From: Gemmatimonadota bacterium
GTDB lineage: Bacteria; Gemmatimonadota; Gemmatimonadetes; Gemmatimonadales; GWC2-71-9
Assembly: GCA_039588295.1 (NCBI GenBank)
Contig: JBDHAB010000001.1
Coordinates: 423,338 to 487,337 of the forward strand
Direction of reading: 5' to 3'
DNA length: 64,000 nucleotides
The notes beneath the pieces are model-generated. The model made no database searches. It was not told the DNA's origin and saw only the letters and a list, made by a program, of their open reading frames with translations. The stretch's first letter is position 1. Each line of letters begins with the position of its first letter. Positions 62,459 to 64,000 of this stretch are shown here, one piece after another. The translations under genes were made by a program, and so were the position numbers.

Positions 62459-63391
62459 ATGATTCAACAAGACACGACCGTTGTGCCGGCCGATACCACG
62501 TCAAGTGGACTGCTGCGTGCTCTCGAAGCTCTGGGTCTCGAGAGCAATGAGGTAGTGGTCAAGGCGATCGAGGCGGCGGCGATTCTCATCCTTGCCTGGG
62601 CGGCCATTCGCCTGGCAAAGCTCTTGCTCGATCGGCTGCAGCGGCGTCTCGCTGATGAGGACGCAGCCACCGACACTGCGGATAACCAGCGTGCACGGAC
62701 CCTGACGCAATTGCTGCGAAGCTTGATCACTGCTGTCGTTGGGATTGGGGCCGGGCTCACCGTGCTCGATCTGTTTTTCCCCATCGGCCCTCTGCTCGCC
62801 GGCATCGGTGTGCTTGGCCTTGCGGTCTCGTTCGGGGCACAGAGCCTGGTGAAGGACGTCATCGCGGGGTTCTTCATCCTGCTCGAGAATCAGTTTGCCA
62901 TCGGCGACATCGTGGAGGTCAATGGCAAGAGCGGGGTGGTCGAGCGCATCACCATGCGCATCGTCGGCTTGCGGGATGTGGAAGGCACTCTCCATATCAT
63001 TCCGAACGGCTCGATCACAGTCGTCAGCAACAAAACACGAGTGTGGGCGCGGGCGGTGCTCGATATTGGCATCGCCTATAAGGAGAGTGTGGACGACGTG
63101 ATCCAGGTGGTACAGAGCGAGGCTGAGAAGTTCTGGCGGGACCCGGACTGGCAACCCAAACTCGTGAACCCGCCGGTAGTCTGGGGTGTTCAGGATTTAG
63201 CTGAGAGTTCCGTCAATGTTCGGCTGATCGCTGACACCAAGCCAGCACAACAATGGGGGGTTCGGCGCGAGCTACTCCGTCGCATCAAGAATCGATTCGA
63301 TCAAGAGGGAATTGAGATTCCATTCCCGCAGCGGACGCTCCACTTGGCCCAGACCGATGCGCTGATGCAGCTACTTGCCCGAAATCGTTGA
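62459..63391 (+). CDS. MscS family channel (YbiO/YkuT-like)
   Basis: RARTL, FGAQSLVKD, ENQFAIGD, IPNG, IEIPFP. Confidence 0.92.
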   Translation: MIQQDTTVVPADTTSSGLLRALEALGLESNEVVVKAIEAAAILILAWAAIRLAKLLLDRLQRRLADEDAATDTADNQRARTLTQLLRSLITAVVGIGAGLTVLDLFFPIGPLLAGIGVLGLAVSFGAQSLVKDVIAGFFILLENQFAIGDIVEVNGKSGVVERITMRIVGLRDVEGTLHIIPNGSITVVSNKTRVWARAVLDIGIAYKESVDDVIQVVQSEAEKFWRDPDWQPKLVNPPVVWGVQDLAESSVNVRLIADTKPAQQWGVRRELLRRIKNRFDQEGIEIPFPQRTLHLAQTDALMQLLARNR

Positions 63392-63514
63392 ACGGAAGAG
63401 GTGGTCGCTGACACTCATCGACGCACCGCCGCCGGTCATGAACGCGAGGTAGAAGAAGCCGTCCTCTTTGGCAGGCTTGGTTGCGTGCGGTCGCGTGCTG
63501 TCCCCTGGGTCGAA

Positions 63515-64000
63515 TCACGGGTTCCGGCTGTCCAGCAGCAGCGATGAGCCGTCGGCCGCGAATAGGTGCAACCGGCGCACCTCGACGGACAGACTAACGG
63601 CCACCCCCGGCTCCAGCGCCGGCCCGCTGGGGACCGCGGCGATCAGTCGTCGGCCTCCCACCTCGACATGCAGATGCGTCGTCGCGCCCAATACCTCGGC
63701 CAGGACGAGTTGCGCACGGATTGTGACCGGCCCCGGTGCGTCGGCCAGGGCCAGATCTTCGGGGCGAACGCCGAGCGTGACCGCCTCGCCGGACGCGACT
63801 GTTGGGTCAGGCCTCGGCTCAGCCGCCAGCGGAATTCTGAGGGCGTCGGAGACGAACACGAGCCCGTCACGCTCGCGCTCCAGTCGCCCATCCAGGAAGT
63901 TCATGGGCGGGGTGCCGATGAAACCGGCTACGAACCGGTTGGCCGGCGCCCGGTAGACGTCGATCGGGCGGCCCACTTGGCGGATGCGCCCGCCGTCGAG
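63515..64000 (-). CDS. Sugar ABC transporter ATP-binding subunit (MalK/UgpC-like), 3' part
   Basis: PANRFVAGFIGTPPMN, LGVRPED, TOBE-like C-terminus. Confidence 0.9.
   Translation of the reverse strand, partial: LDGGRIRQVGRPIDVYRAPANRFVAGFIGTPPMNFLDGRLERERDGLVFVSDALRIPLAAEPRPDPTVASGEAVTLGVRPEDLALADAPGPVTIRAQLVLAEVLGATTHLHVEVGGRRLIAAVPSGPALEPGVAVSLSVEVRRLHLFAADGSSLLLDSRNP

Overview
High-GC bacterial DNA; the gene repertoire suggests Gemmatimonadota (inference only). There are four blocks. (1) 1-21.7 kb: about 35 short, functionally unrelated genes, all on the minus strand, separated by attC-like integron recombination sites in every state of decay (one intact, several degenerate, several collapsed to abutting core boxes). 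No integrase is in the window, so this looks like a fossilising cassette array. (2) 21.9-34.1 kb, plus strand: an MMPL transporter, a class III aminotransferase fused to an acyl-thioester reductase (PigE/TamH domains in reverse order) and an acyl-adenylating enzyme, a candidate fatty-amine pathway. It is followed by a membrane-anchored multiheme cytochrome, a CRTAC1/ASPIC-UnbV protein and a TPR protein. (3) 34.4-37.7 kb: HD-GYP response regulator, lipoprotein and histidine kinase. (4) 38-64 kb: a mosaic carbohydrate-use region (GH3, a frameshifted unclassified glycosidase, GH97, GH13, GH130, two Na+/solute symporters, PfkB kinase, sugar ABC ATPase, two MscS), interleaved with an S9 peptidase, a frameshifted Ser/Thr kinase, a 21-bp tandem repeat and an orphan copy of a gene 3' end. 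All family calls come from motif recognition by eye; no searches were run.
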